The notes beneath the pieces were generated by a model. That model was not told the origin of the DNA. It was given only the letters and a program-made list of their open reading frames with translations, and searched no databases. From Mytilus trossulus (Eukaryota), in contig NC_086379.1 in NCBI RefSeq assembly GCF_036588685.1, positions 29,078,001 through 29,142,000 of the forward strand: DNA of 64,000 bases, read 5' to 3'. The translations under genes and the position numbers were made by a program. Below, one piece after another: positions 49,112-64,000 of this stretch; the stretch's first letter is position 1; each line of letters starts with the position of its first letter.

Positions 49112-50073
49112 CTGAAAAAAAATATAAGAAAATTCCTTATTTTTTAAACCTATAAGTTTTTCATTAAAAACGTTCTTGGTTTTTTTTATAGGTTAAACGA
49201 TTGGTGTTCCTGTTTGAATTGCTTTCTACTGTAGTCATTTCGGGCTTGCTGTTTGGTGTGAGTCAAGGCTCTGTGTTGAAGGCCATACTTTGACCTTTTT
49301 GGTTTACTTTTCACACATTGTGACTAGGATGGAGTGTTATTTATTGGCACCCATACCACACCTTTATCTATTGTAATGACTCAATCACTCAAACTTCATG
49401 TCTTACCATTTGTTTAGAATGTATCTTTGTTTAACTGAGACACACTATCCATCAATATTTTCATTGTGAACCTGAAATCTGAATTTCACATTCAACTTCC
49501 TTCATTCTCAATAGCAACAGCCTAACTGGATGATGAAACAGATATTTTGCTAAATCTATGCCTTTAAGTAGTTTATTTACGTTTTTTGATAGCATTTTTT
49601 ATTTGTATGCAACATTTCAAAAAATCATTACAAGGATTCGAAACATAATTTCTTTCCATTGTATAACAATCACAATAATAAATGCATGCAAAATAACTTC
49701 TTCAAGCAGAATGTGTGATTTCTAGTCAAGTCAATCTGAAATCAGTCCCTAGCAACATTTGGTGAGAACAGTAAAAGCAGAAGTCTGATAATTCTAATTT
49801 TGACTGATGGTGTTTAATGCCTCTTTCAGCACACTTGGCAATATTGTGACGGCCAATTTTTATTGATTTGAGGAAAATAAGAATACCCAGAGAGAACCAA
49901 TGGTGTACAAGGGCAGTGAGTTGGTACAAGCATATTCTTTGTATACCAACTTTAAACAGAGGAGTACACCTTCCACCAAGAGCTGTATAATTATTTTCCT
50001 TATTTCTAGCTAATGGCGTACAAGGGTAGTGAGAGAGTACATGTAAGTAAGAGAGAACCATCAAGCTTCAGCA

Positions 50074-50137
50074 AGACAACCGACTTTCCGTCAGTCAATA
50101 CACCAGACAACCGACTTTCCTTCAGTCAATACACCAG
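50074..50137. repeat. 2 x 31-bp tandem duplication within a decayed SINE-like segment
   Basis: agacaaccgactttcc(g/t)tcagtcaatacacc at 50074 and 50105. Confidence 0.85.
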
Positions 50138-53100
50138 CCACAACGAGGTTTCAACTTACAATCTCATAATTCTGACTGATATAAAAGTTGGGCCCTTAAT
50201 TTATAGCTTGTTGTTTGGTGTGAGCCAAGGCTCTGTGTTGAAGGCCGTACCTTTTATACATATAATGGTTTACTTTTATAAATTGTTATTTGGACGAAAA
50301 GTTGTCCCATTTGCACTCACACGACATCTTCCTATATCAAGTTAGGGTAATGCAATACTAGCTAATAACACATATTCCATATTACTTCCCCTTTCCAAAA
50401 TTAAGTACCCTACATTAAACTCGCTGCATTGAAGACCTTTTCGTGACCTTCTGCTGTTGTCTGTTCTTCTATGGTAGGTTGTTGCCTCTTTGACACATTC
50501 CCCATTTTCATTCTCAATTTTATTCGTAGCTGGTTCTTTTGTGAAGGATTAAAACACACTAACTTCTTTATGAATCATATAAAAGATATAATTTCATCAT
50601 AAAAAGGTAATGTAATACAATGGTTCTTTACCCAAATAAACATTCTCAAGTTACAAGTTTAAGTTTTCAAGTTACATCTATTAGTTTTCTGTAAAAACTT
50701 TTTGTTACATCTTACAACTTTTTTCAACTATATAAACAAGTTTCACCTTGTAAAACAAATTTTATTTTCTTGACAGTGCCTTAGGCTCTACTTTTCACAA
50801 GCTAAAAGTATACTTCAAAATAAAAATCATTCATTTAACAAAGACATAAAAAATTTAAAATGCTATTATCTCACACTTGTTTAAAGTACATGTACAAACT
50901 TTTAAAAGATGTCCCAAATTCTTAACTCTAAAGTTTATTCATATCTTTTGTTACAAAATTTTCACATAAATTAAAATTTAAAATTCCACTTAAGAAGCTG
51001 ATACACATTTTAAATTTTAAATAAATACCATAAATTAAGCGGCAATGGGTTTGGTGTATTTAGATATATTCGCCCACTTGTCAAGTTAGCCAAAGATCAA
51101 TAAAATTCGTAAATAAAAAGGAAAATAATACCATAAATCATTCAACCTTTTAAAATTTATCTAATGACCTATAAATAACATGAAAATTATACCCATATTT
51201 ACTCACAATATGAATACTCATATTCAAAATAAGTTTAATTTCAGGGTAAGAAAATAGGTCCAAAATTTGAAACAAAAGCAAAACAATCTCCCGCAGCTTA
51301 CCAAATTTCTTGTTATCAGAATTTTGCAATATATACATTGTATGTTTTCATGTTTTCATTGGGTATTAATTTTCCTGGATTTCATGGGTTACAAACTAAC
51401 CACTTTAATATTGAAATGTTCAACTAAGTATAAATTTCTCACAGTCTTATGTACAAAACTTTGGCAAAAGTACAAAATTAAGTACCCGAGTGAGTATCCA
51501 GGTGCAAGAATTGAGTCCCCAGGAATAAATTAGTCAAAGTATTCCTTGATAATATCCTTTGCAAATGTAGGGATGAAATCTAATTTATCTTTATTATCAT
51601 TTTGTTAGTGGCTTGAGAATTATTTTACTACTTGCATTTAGTTCAATAATTCCAAATTTTGTAGTTTCATACATGTATATTATTTGCTACAATCAATTAA
51701 GTTACTTTGTATTTCATGGAAAAGTTTCTCCTAACCATTTATAATTTCACAGAAGTTGGTAACCCATTAACATTGATGAATCAAGTTAATCCATTTAATT
51801 TTATTATTTAATACTGATAGTATGAAAAATCAGCTAGTTTTGCTAAAAATTACCAATACTATTAAAAATATTTGGCCCAAAACCAGTGTGTTAAGTTATG
51901 GCATCTTCTTGCCCCCTTAACATGTCAACCAATTGTTTTAGAACTTCGACCTTGAATTTGGTTCAAGCTCTCCCAAGCATTGGGAATAATGATGTAAGAT
52001 TGCATTTCATACAAAGAAGAAGATGTGGTATGATTGCCAATGAGACAACTATCCACAAAAGACCAAAATGACACAAACATTAACAACTATAGGTCACAGT
52101 TTTCTTTTATGTTGAGACTTTATCCTTTGACCTCTGACCTTCAAAATAGATAGAGTTCATACTCTCATTCATCAAGCACTGCTAGGATAAAGTATATAGG
52201 CCAGAGGAGACTTCAGAATTGCCCCTAACAGTGTTTAGAACAAACAGGACACATATGGATGGACAGTGGCAAATATCCAAAAACATTGCACAGATTGTCA
52301 TATGAGAGGGCCCAAGTCCCCTCCCCCTCTTTTAATCTAATTCTGCTTGCTAGAAAATGAATTATATAAAAAAAAAATATTACAGAGACATGCAAATATA
52401 AACGCATTACTGTCTTTTCCTGGCGAATGTATGCTTCTTACAAGAAGAAAATTACAATTTAATCAAATGAAATTAATATTTTTTTTATGAAAACTTGCCT
52501 GCAGATGTGTTTCATACAAATCCAGAACTATTTTGGGCTTATACCAGCCTTATATAGAAACAGACTGGCTTACAAATAGTTTTCCCACACTGTGACTATG
52601 AAATTAACATTCACAGTGAAACTAGCGTCAAGAAAATTTAAATCCAGTGGAATAGATTAAATCCAGTGACAATACAAAGTCTCTAGTTTCTTTTGCATAA
52701 TAATAACAATATCCATTTTCTGAAGTAAATTGGCTGTAACCAAAATAAAGTTATGTTTTCCTAAAGGATGACACAAATTATTTTTCCAGACCACAATTTT
52801 TCTACACATGAATAACTCCAGGAGACACCAAGACAGATATTTTGACTATCAATGCCTGATTAGAGAAGGAAAAGTGAGGTGACCTGAATATCTATACCTA
52901 CACAATAGCTCTATAATCAACATTGTTTAAATCTCCACCCAACTTCAAGGGTGATAGGGCAGAGATCTGATATGGGAGAAATATTATATACATATCAACA
53001 GGAACTCTTTCATGGTGAAGAAATTTGATCAAATATGTCAAGCAATGCCAAATGGGCCAGATTATGGATGGTGATTTTGTCAAGGCACTAGACCTCAATC

Positions 53101-54492
53101 ATTCAACATGAAGACATTCTGTCAAAGCATGGTTCAACCCTGATTAAATTTGATGCTTTTGAGTCATGCAATTTATCTTTTAACATAAAACTAATGGATG
53201 TACAGATTTACTATATCAGTGAGGTCGAAAGTTGTATTTTTTTTAATGCACCACTATGCCACCGACTTTAACCTAATATATATACAGTGGATTTTATTTT
53301 TTATGGAATACAAATTTTTCTCAATGTCATGGATAGAGAAGAAGCATGAATTCAAAATCTTAACCAAGTGCTTATGGAATTTACAGAGGCTTTTGAGTTT
53401 TATGCAGACTTTGGCAAAACCACTAAACTAAATATTCATTAATCTAAAAAAAAAAAAACTTTAATCCTTGAAAATTGGTTCCCACTAAAACATTATGATT
53501 TCAAAATATATACAATCTTTACAGCCAGAGACAAACCATATTTTAGACAACTAAATATGATGACACTAAATTTCCAAACATTTGATTTATGATTTGCCCC
53601 AAGCAATACAATCATGCCAATAGTAAACTTGTTTGAATCTGATTATATGGTTCAAAATTATTCTTTTAGAGAGGTTTTGAAACTCAACATTTAATCTCAT
53701 TTTAAAAGTTTACATGCATGGTTAAGAAGTTTCGTCATAAAACTTTACTCACGAATCGAAGTTACCATTAGAGTGATAATATCAAAAGTTTCCACTAAGA
53801 TTGCAATCATGAAATGACTTCAAATTTCAAACTGCTGAATCCTTAATGAATGAATGATAATAAATTTGATCCATGGCATAATCTTTCCACATTTTTACTG
53901 ATCAATCAATTTCAGTAATGTTTGCATTGGTATCTGAGTCCTCCATATATTATATATTATCCTTTTGTAAATTTAAATTATATGTCCAAGCTATCTATAG
54001 AATACTTATATGTATGTAAATTTCTTCTAACATCTTATTTAATCGTTTACATTATCTACATAAGATAACATTGTAATAAGTAATTTCCTTACCTTAATTA
54101 TTCATATATTATAAGATAAATTATAGTCAAAAGTATCCATAATTTTATCCCAAATGTATCACAAAAAATTAGAAATGTACATCCAGTTGTATATTTTATA
54201 TACATGGGACGATCTTAGGGTAAATGTCAGTTCCAGATCACTGAACAAGAATGTTTTCATCCCTGACAAAACCCCCTACAGGTGACAAATTTTTTACAGA
54301 AGAAAATCACCTGTAATTATATTTTATGAATAGAACTGTACATCAACTAAAATGAAGATGTTATTAATAATAAATAGTCTGGATATATATAAATTATAAA
54401 TACAGACATCTTAACATTTCACATACAGTATATAGATGAATTAAAGGCCACACCAAGCTGATTTTTAGATTTGAACTTTTAAACGATTACAA

Positions 54493-54967
54493 ACCGTAAA
54501 TTCAGAAATTATTGCGTGCATTTCTATAACTGCGATTTTGTCATTTTAGACTAAAATATGATTTTAATTTTTGCGATATTGAGAAAAATCCTGTTTAATT
54601 CATATAAAAACAAGAATGTGTCCTCAGTACACGAATGCCCCACTCGCACTATCATTTTCTATGATCAGTGGACCGAGAAATTGGGGTAAAATCTCTAATT
54701 TGGCATTAAAATTAGAAAGATCATATCATAGGGAACATGTGTACCAAGTTTGAAGTCAATTGGACTTCAACTTCATCAAAAACTACCTTGACCAAAAACT
54801 TTAACCTAAAGCGGGACAGACGGACGGACGGACGCACAGACCAGAAAACATAATGCCCTTCTACTATCGTAGGTGGGGCATAAAAATCAAAATGAGAGTT
54901 TGAATTATTTCGATTTTTTGCGCATTTTTTGCAATAAAAACATCGCAATAATTTTTGAATTTACGGT
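54493..54967. mobile_element. MITE (host of the HINE)
   Basis: TIRs accgtaaattcagaaattattgcg / cgcaataatttttgaatttacggt. Confidence 0.75.
54609..54886 (-). mobile_element. Short HINE nested in a MITE
   Basis: subTIR atgccccac / gtggggcat, (GACG)n microsatellite, terminal hairpin, inserted in an A-run. Confidence 0.8.
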
Positions 54968-55481
54968 GCCTATTGGGATCTGCTTATCCTTGCAGACTGC
55001 AGAGTACACAAGATCACCACTGAGTTTTTGGTGTTGCTTTATCTATAGTCTAAAGTATTTGAAGCCTTATTTTCTTTTTGTCTGTTTCCTTTTTTGTCAT
55101 ATATATATTGAATGTTCCCAGTTTTTCTATGACTTATCTGAGAACTCAGTTAATTTTTAGTGCATTTCTTTTAGACTATAAATGTAAAATTAAAAAAATC
55201 TCACCTGCGGTTTCTCAATAATATTTTTACAGTGAGCTGTACTACGTTTGGGACAAATTATATCAAAATTAAAGAAAACTTTATTACCTCAAACTCAAAC
55301 GATGGACAATTTTATGTTAAGGATCGAGGTCTTGAGTTCTTTTGAAGGCTGAATACTAATTCATAAGCATTTTTAACTTGTCACTTAAAAATTCAAGACC
55401 AAAATTTTTTTACAGTATAGTTTCATCTCTTACTTGATATTTGAGGCATAAAACATGAAGTTATAAATTTGGAAAGGGTAT

Positions 55482-56673
55482 AACTAGAGGCTCTAAAGAG
55501 CCTGTGTCACTCACCTTGGTCTATGTGAATATTAAACAAAGGAAGCAGATGGATTCATGACAAAATTGTGTTTTGGTGATGGTGATGTGTTTGTACATCT
55601 TACTTTACTGAACATTCTTGCTGCTTACAATTATCTCTATCTATAATGAACTTGGCTCAATAGTTTCAGTGGAAAATGTTAGTAAAAATTTACAAATTTT
55701 ATAAATATTGTTAAAATTGACTATATAGGGCAATAACTCCTAAAGGGGTCAACTGACCATTTTGGTCATGTTGACTTATTTGTGAATCTTACTTTGCTGA
55801 ACATTATTGCTGTTTACAGTTTATATCTATCTATAATAATATTCAAGATAACCAAAAACAGCAAAATTTCCTTAAAATTACCAATATAGGGGCAGCAACC
55901 CAACAACATGTTTTTGATTCATCTGAAAATTTCAAGACGCATAGATCTTCACCTGATAAACAATTTTACCCCTGTCAGATTTGCTCTAAATGCTTTGGTT
56001 TTTGAGTTATAAGCCAAAAACTGCATTTTACCCCTATGTTCTATTTTTAGACATGCCAGCCATCTTGGTTGGTTGGCTGTGTCACTGGACATATTTTTAA
56101 AACTAGATACCCCAATGATGATTGTGGCCAAGTTTGGTTTAATTTGGCCTAGTAGTTTCAGAGGAGAAGATATTTGTAAAAGATAACTGACCATTTTGGT
56201 CATGTTGACTCATTTGTAAATCTTACTTTGCTGAACATTATTTCTGTTTACAGTTTATCTATATCTATAATAATAATCAATTAAGATAATAACCCAAAAC
56301 AGCAAAATTTCCTTAAAATTACCAATTCAGGGGCAACAACCCACTCATGGGTTGTCCAATTCATCTGAAAATTTCAGGGCAGATAGATCTTGATCTGATA
56401 AACAATTTAACAATGCTTTGGTTTCAGAGATATCAGCCAAAATCTACATTTTACCCCTATGTTCTATTTTTAGCCATGGCAGCCATCTTGGTTGGTTGAA
56501 TGGGTCACCAGACACATTTTTAAACTAGATACCCAATGATGATTGTGGGCGAAATTTGGTTAAATTTGACCCAGTAGATTCAGAGGAGAAGATTTTTGTA
56601 AAAGTTAACAGGACGACGGACGCAAAGTGATGAGAAAAGCTCACTTGACCCTTCGGACCAGGTGAGCTAAAAA
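55482..56673 (-). mobile_element. HINE-type element with ~434-bp internal duplication
   Basis: Palindrome aggctc-taaa-gagcct, subTIR ctcacct / aggtgag, terminal hairpin gctcacttgacc-cttc-ggaccaggtgagc. aactgaccattttggtcatgttgac occurs at 55751 and 56185. Confidence 0.8.
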
Positions 56674-59600
56674 ATAGCAAGTAACACACTCTCCATTCTA
56701 GGGACTATATTCATAGGCAATGAAAATCAAGGGATGATAACTTTGTACCCCTTCCAAATGATTTTTTTTGTATTAATTGTCCTCTTTTATTTGTAATTCA
56801 ATCACTCTCTGTCACTCATATTTTTTACAGGTTTAAACAGTTCCACAAATTAAGATAGAATAGCAATTTAGTAAATATGTACATGTTTAAGAAGCATATT
56901 TATTATTTATTCATATATGATATATAACTTACTGAGAAAACTTTTCTCACTAGTATATGTGTGCTCATGTATGTATGAAGAGTTTCTGTATGAAAACCAA
57001 TTCTTTCTCAAATTTTTACACTTTCAAATATTTTTTTCAAACAAGTGAACTTTTAAGTTTTAAAACTATCATGTCTTAAACGTGCATATATATATATAAA
57101 TATATAAAATAAGGAATTATTTGAATTCTGGAAAATTGATGAGAAATTCTTGATAAAAATTAACCCAACTTAATAGGGTTAGCCATGTGTGCGTGGGTAA
57201 GGGGGTTAGTTAGTTCATACTGAAATGATAGTGAAAGTAAATTTAACCTTAGCCATGCACACCTTATTTAGTTAGGTTATAAAAAAAGAAGATATGGTAT
57301 GATTGCCAATGAGACAACTCTCTGCAAAACACCAAAAGAACACAGAAATTAACAACTATAGGTCACTGTAAGGCCTTCAACAATGAGCAAAGCCCACACC
57401 CCAAAATTACAATATAAAACAATTCAAACGAGAAAACTAACAGCCTAAATATTTATCTACAAAAAAGGTTAGTTTTCTTCATACATTTTTATCTAATCAA
57501 TTTTCCAGAAGTCAAAATTATCCCAGATTCAAATAATCCTTTGTTTATACATCTGTTATGTAATATATTTGTAATTGATCACTGACTACTCTTCATGATT
57601 CAAACCAGCATTTGATATCGCCTTGCAGTATTACACAATTTTACCCAGGAAACTCAGTATTTCCTTCTTGGCGGGCAATACTCATGACTCTAATAAAACT
57701 TAGGTTTTTGCAAACCCTATTTGAGTCAAAATAATAAATGACTGGATTAAATTTTAGTTTATACTACAGCTATTTAATAATATAAAAAAAAATACTACAA
57801 TAATTGTTCATAGTGAACTAAGGGAAATAACTCCAAAGTAATTTTTACCAATTTCCTGACAAATGTCTTCAATAATTTTTTTTAGCAGACACATACAAAT
57901 GACATAAAATAGGTACAAGTTTTAAAATTTGTTTGCTTCGTTTTGTTTTCATGTACAAATAAACTTTGAAGAGTCAAAATATGTATATACACGTGAAATC
58001 ACATAAGTCTAACATATAACATATTAGAAAAAAAAAATAAAGGTAGCCCAACTTTGAAGTCTAGCTTTGTGTAAAAATTGCATAATGAATCATGAATGCA
58101 TGTTTAAGTTTACATGGGATATGAAAAATTGTCTAGTTGTTTGACAATTAAATTCCCCTAACTCCGAAATGACTTATTTGATAATTGTAAAAAAAAATAT
58201 CAATAGGAAATTCACTTCAATTTGTTGTAAAGTCGTAAAAAAATAAAATGTCATTCATGAAAGTAAAGTTAAAAAAAATATCTTTAACATGTCATTCACA
58301 AAAGTAAACTTTACATATCATTAAACAGGTAATAACTGCATAAATGTCCCATTATTCTAGCATCACTGATCTGAAAACCATCAAATTTTTAAGTTAGCTG
58401 TCTCAATAAAACTTGAAGATTGTTTGAAATATTGATAAGGATTTGTGAAGCAGAAATAATAATTCATATATATATATACATGTCTCACAAATAATAGGCC
58501 CAAAAATAGATTTTTGTAATCCTATGTAGTGAACCTACATTTACAGTCTTAAATACAACTTATAAGGTTATTTGATAGTATTCAAGTCACGTTAGTTGTT
58601 TTATGCATTTTAATGGTCTTTTTTCCTTCTAAACAATAATTGGTCTAGAACATTCTTCATGCACTAGCACCATAATAATTTTGTTATACATAAAATTTCA
58701 GGAAAAAGTTCAAAATAAGTCAGTTGTAATCAAGGATAAAAATAAAATCACACAAATGCGGTCATTTTTCTGTGATTGAAAAATTGGTGCCCCTTTTCAA
58801 ATTGTCAACTTCAAATAGATTCATAGCATCAACAAACTTTAATTGTTTCATCCCATGTACTAAGTAAATTTCTTATCATTTTTAGTAATAAATTAATTAT
58901 TTCATATGCTGGCTTAAAATTAGGATAAAACATGTACTCCTAAACATGCATGAAAATGTAGAATTTTTATTTTAAAGTACAATTTCTTAGAATGTTTTCA
59001 GAAATAAGGCAGCCTGGAAATTGTTTTGACATATTTTTCAATTACTCTCAAACCATATCTCCTTTATTTCTCTTTGCCCCATCTTTTATAATTACCCATA
59101 ATCCCCTCTTTCCTCACCCTTAGAAAAATGAAAATGGAAAAACACTGACAGACTTTAGTTTTCCATTCTAAAACAAACAAGAAAAGCGATAAATAATCAC
59201 GAAAATAATCTGCAAACAGGTTTACCCTAACTGTTAAAAATGTCAATCCTGAATGTAGAAACACAAATGACCTTTTCAGAGACTGGTGACATCTGTGCAT
59301 TACTCATAAATAAAGCATTAGAATGAAAAAATAATCAATACAAACCGGTATTAGGGTTTTTATCTTGCACAGCAAAAATTGTCAATTTACGACTTATCAG
59401 AAAACTGATAACACAATATTTAGTATTATACATGTATTTAATTCAGACTTCGTTTAACTGATCCATTAGTTGTTAAAGTGCTAGTCATTTTATAATTTTA
59501 AAGTGCACTCCACCCAAATGCAGGATGACACATTGTTAGAGTAAACAAATACTCAATAGAGGCGATCATTTAAAAATTGTTTTTGGCAGAATTAACAAAT

Positions 59601-59702
59601 GTTCCATCATGACATAGGGTAGACATATTTTAGAATATTTTTTACCCTAAATGGAACATATATGAATTATATGTTATGTATGTATGATTCCCATAACACT
59701 AA

Positions 59703-59832
59703 CAGTGGTGGATCCACAGGGGGGACTCCAGTCACGCTTCAGTGATTCCCTATATAAGCAACCAATTTTTTCCCCAAAAAGGGGGGGGGACATGCCCCAC
59801 CCCCCCCCCCCCCCCCCCTAAATCCGCCTCTG
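59703..59832. mobile_element. Short hAT-like MITE with poly-C/G tracts
   Basis: cagtggtggat / atccgcctctg termini. No clean TSD. Confidence 0.6.
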
Positions 59833-61039
59833 CATAAGAATGCAATGAATAACATGGGTTGAAATGAAAACTAGATTTGAATATTGAATTCTTTTTCAAT
59901 TAGGAAATGTAAAAGAAAATAACATAAAATGGCAATAGTTACCAGGATTTTTATTGAATGCGCCTGACACGTGTATCTTATTCATAAGACTCATCAGATC
60001 TTAATAATTAGAACACCAAATTCCAAAAAGTTATGCCAAATAAGGCTACGGTATTCTATTTCTGGGATAAGAAAATCCTCAGTTTTACGACAAAAATTAA
60101 AGTGTTGTCAACAGAAAATTTACTAAATTGACCATATAATTAGTATTCATGTCAACACCGAATTGCTGACTACTCATCAGTACTGGGCAAAATTGTGCAT
60201 CTAACAACACCAAGAACAAACTTATGAGGCCTTTTATGCACAAAACATACTGTGACATATATTTAATATCTGTCACAGAATGAACTTTAATTAGACATAG
60301 GGCTCAATGAAATTTTGATACATGTATATTACATGATGGATGAACCTATTCTGTTTCATAGATTCAATAATAGGGAGAGAATGTTTTTATATATGCATTC
60401 ATTATTTTCCTAAAGTTAACACACTGGAACAATTACTATACACTTCAAGTAATTTTAAAGCAAATCATAGACACTTTCAAAAATTATTCCATAATAGAGA
60501 ATTTCACTGCAGTGACTGCACTATATTATAGTTGTATTTTTCAAACTATTATTTAAATGAGCATCAGTTTGTTATATATATATATTCAGAACCTCTTTGG
60601 AAATCTGACTTGGGTGTCAGAATATACGTTTTCAACCTGCTGGGTATGTAATTCGGACAAAATCTCCCTCTGTGACAGAATCGATCTCAACTAATTAACA
60701 CCCACTTACAGAAAAGTCGGTAACATTTTATGTGTAATTATCGTCTTTCGTCCTCTCTTCTTCTAATTTATCCTCCTTGCCTAAACCAATTTCAGAATGT
60801 ATGGCCGTATAAACATGGTAAAACTTAATGCCCTCCACTACTCAAGTTGAATCTAGATAGACATATGACTCTGCTGTCTGTGGTTGGCAGGAGGAATCAA
60901 ATCAAAATTCAACTGTTAGTACATTTTTCATAGTAAATGTTGTATAAAAATGTTTTTTTTTCATAAATCAAAGGGGCATTAGCTATGATTTTGACAAATT
61001 TCAAAATTGACAATTCTCTTTGTTTTATGTGACATGTAT

Positions 61040-61192
61040 CAGTCTGCACTGTTAGTCACTAGTCCTATGCCCCAGACTAGTAAAATTTCAATCCGACTTG
61101 TAAGTTTTTGAAAAACTTTGTTTGGATCAATAAAAAAATGTCAGAATATTGGTCTTCAGACTAGTAATTGAAAAAGTTTTTGATGCAGACTG
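61040..61192. mobile_element. Short MITE
   Basis: TIR cagtctgca / tgcagactg, repeated internal actagt. Confidence 0.5.
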
Positions 61193-62143
61193 CAGTATTA
61201 TTAAATAAAAGCAGAATTTTGAAAGAATGTTCTGTCATACAATAGTTATTTTGGCCCTATAAATTTGTTAAAGTTTGCTCCAAAACATTGCTGATGAATT
61301 ATTGGCTTATTAAAGTAATGTTACCTTCAATTTAACCCCTCAGCTAAAGATGAGTTACATTTGTACATGTATGTACCCATTTACGAGGCATGTTCAGCTA
61401 CTAAAAGGCAAATAATTTCCACATAGAAAGTGAAACAAAGATGAACCATTTCGTTGACTGATTCTATCCACAAAAGTACATTTTATAAAGGTGAAACAGA
61501 TGATAAACATATTTATTAACCTAAAATTCTTTCTGGATCTGTTTGATTTTGTTTTACACTATAAATTACACTACAGTATAAAATACATTTAGAATCAAAA
61601 CACCTAGAAATTCAACTGTACATGCTCGCTATTTATTAGTATTTTATAGGGTTTTATGACTGTCAGCAGTTGAAATGTTGAAACATTGTTTACTGTTTGT
61701 TTCAGCTTTTTGTAATAGGCTATTTGCCAATTCCCGTAATTTACCCTGTAATTAGAGATCCCTTCTTTTAGTTGTCTCCCTTGTGAGGGTCATTATTTTT
61801 TATTTACAAAGGAGAGCTAGCAGAAAGAGCAAATATACCTACAGGTGCGTAATATGAGTAATCTTAAAGGTTTTCAAAACTTTTAATCACAATAACTTCT
61901 TTTGACATCAGAAATTATTTTTCATGAAAAATTAATTAAACCACTGATACATCACTTTCAATTCATCATGTTTTGCAGCATTGGCAAAAGCTAGGTTAAG
62001 CCATTTTCGTCCAGTATATATTATGGAACCAGTCTACGATTGAGGAGAGTAATTGCTTTAAAAAGTGTGTAATAACAGAATCAAATCGGATATTGGCAAA
62101 TGGACTATTGGGATATACCTTTTATAGTGAATTTGACAGCTTA

Positions 62144-63856
62144 ACGTGACGGTACCCAAATTGCACCTATTTTGACATTTTTTCAACAACGTTTTTTATG
62201 ATTGAGACAAAAATTTCCATGTTGTGTTTATTTTGCAGCCGTATACTTCTTAATTATATAGGTACTCCAATTTGATATTTAATTCATTTGGAATCATAGA
62301 AAAATTGGTCTGAACTTACCTCCAAACCATCAACGATTCTGTAATGAGGAGTACCCAAATAGCATCCATGCTTAAATTCGCATCGTCAAAAGTCGAATAA
62401 CAGAGCTTTTGTTTATTTTTTTCAAATATTTGGAACAATTGTATATATTTGACCAAGGGTCCAGAAACGGTCATATTTGCCAGTCATGTCCTAAACTGAA
62501 ACTATAATGTCCTAAACTTTTAATTGGGATTTAGGTCAAATTTTATTTTTCTACATTAATAATTTCGGTCATTTCGTTGAGATCGACTTTCAAAATCGCC
62601 ATTTTGAACATATTTTTTGTTTAGTTATCGACTTCCTGTAATTACTGCCACTCCAATAAAGTGTTATAATCCTGAGGGCCCTCCTAATAATTATATTAAT
62701 GCCTCGGGGAGCTATTAGCTAATGATTGCTAATCTCTTTACCTGTGTTTTTAATTCATTGTAATTCACACCTGGCAATTAATCACAAGCTCCAAACTATT
62801 ATTATAAAGAAATAAAAATTCCATACCAACTGGCTTCAATATTTAATTACTCAACCAGTCAGACAATTGTCAATTATGATTTAAAATCAAATTAAAACTT
62901 GGTTTAATTTTGTAGAAAAAAATATTTTTTTACTTCTAACACACGTGCTTTGTTTACTATGTAATACGCATGCTTGAAATTCTCTTCCACAGATTAAGAC
63001 AATTAATCGTAAATTTTAAATAATTTCATCCTAAATAAAGCCAGTGCAACTACTTTAATTAATATTCTTACACTATTAAAGATAAAATATTAAAAAGGCG
63101 ATGATTTCCTGTGATTTGGATAAACAAAACTAATCCCGGAAATGAGTCCGGAATTGTTCGTTTTAGTATTGTCGCAGTACATCCGGTTTGAATTTTGACT
63201 TCAGAATCGAAAGAAACGTAAGCGATAACTGAGAATATTATCGTTTTGAGTCGTTAAAATCATTTTATTTTTAAACTGCTGCCTTCCCTTTATTGCCCTT
63301 GATTGATTTTTGGAAAATGGTAGGACAAATCATGAAGTAAATGCTATGCAACTGTGAAACAAGTTTGTTGATGCTTACGAACATGACGATGGAGTATGAG
63401 CATACTCATAATGAGTCTCATGCAGTAATGTGATTTTGGCAATCATCTTTTGAAAAGGGGTATCAACTTTTAAGTTGTATGAAAATGACCGAAATTAGGT
63501 GAAAAAATTTCCGGATCCTTGTATTTGACCATGCTTACTCTTTTTTTTAAGAAATGGATACTTAAAACATATTGTATTTGCTAATTTTAAAAAGATGACG
63601 TTTTGATGACGTCGCATGGGAACATTTTGGTACAATTTGCTTTTCCAGTAAACACTTTAACTGTTGATAAATACTGTGAACATTTTGTGTATATCTAAAA
63701 ATAGCTTTTTATTTACCTATTTTGAAAGACATGCATAGTATCAAATTATAAAAATACAAATTATTTAGTCTCTAGGAAATCTTGTAAGATTTCCGCTCCT
63801 ATTTTTGCTAAATAGGTGAAATTTGGGTACTTGTTGCAATTTGGGTACCATAACGT
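62144..63856. mobile_element. ~1.7-kb non-autonomous DNA transposon
   Basis: TA|acgtgacggtacccaaattgcacctattt ... tgcaatttgggtaccataacgt|TA. No long ORF inside. Confidence 0.75.
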
Positions 63857-64000
63857 TACATATAAATATATGTATGTCAGCATGTGAAAGAAAAATTTCA
63901 TAAATTCATTGTATCATAAACAAAATAAATTATCAAAATGTTAGGCTAATTGATAATTAATCTTATTCTTAATGTTGCAACAAATTGTGCGCACCTCAGT

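Noticed and set aside
661-56673. All four HINEs share one orientation
   Set aside because: Four of four has a 1-in-8 chance probability and is not significant.
60710-60850. Purine-rich, coding-looking minus-strand stretch (..GKEDKLEEERTKDDNYT*) near a gtaagt
   Set aside because: A stop precedes the donor, the acceptor is poor, and there is no resemblance to the DLG5 CARD region.
32100-64000. Numerous 60-110 aa ORFs in the large introns
   Set aside because: They have low-complexity F/I/L/K-rich compositions typical of AT-rich non-coding DNA or repeats, with no domains or splice support.

Overview
AT-rich eukaryotic genomic DNA, very probably a bivalve mollusc; the interspersed repeats resemble high-copy Mytilus families I recall, not confirmed by a search. 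The window is dominated by one minus-strand, intron-rich gene, a Disks large 5 (DLG5) orthologue. I traced 23 GT-AG exons by hand from 32029 down to the stop codon at 7458. All are phase-compatible and total 5420 nt (~1,805 codons): coiled coil - PDZ1 - PDZ2 - long S/P-rich linker - PDZ3 - PDZ4 - SH3 - guanylate-kinase-like. A further 63-nt upstream exon lies at 49049-49111. The true 5' (CARD-containing) end is probably beyond position 64000. The introns and flank carry four Helentron-type HINEs (three with internal repeats), tRNA-derived SINEs, many MITEs (some nested) and a non-LTR retrotransposon 3' fragment. Most short ORFs in the track are noise. The most unusual observations are: (1) an 87-bp tandem array that quadruplicates the 3' end and splice donor of a PDZ1 exon behind an in-frame stop; (2) a candidate alternative last exon giving a truncated DLG5 ending in a class I PDZ ligand (-SLV*); (3) two phase-compatible candidate alternative first exons; (4) a duplicated decapeptide whose copies differ only by silent changes; (5) a minisatellite born from a SINE head. 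No prokaryotic-type system (CRISPR, operon) is present.
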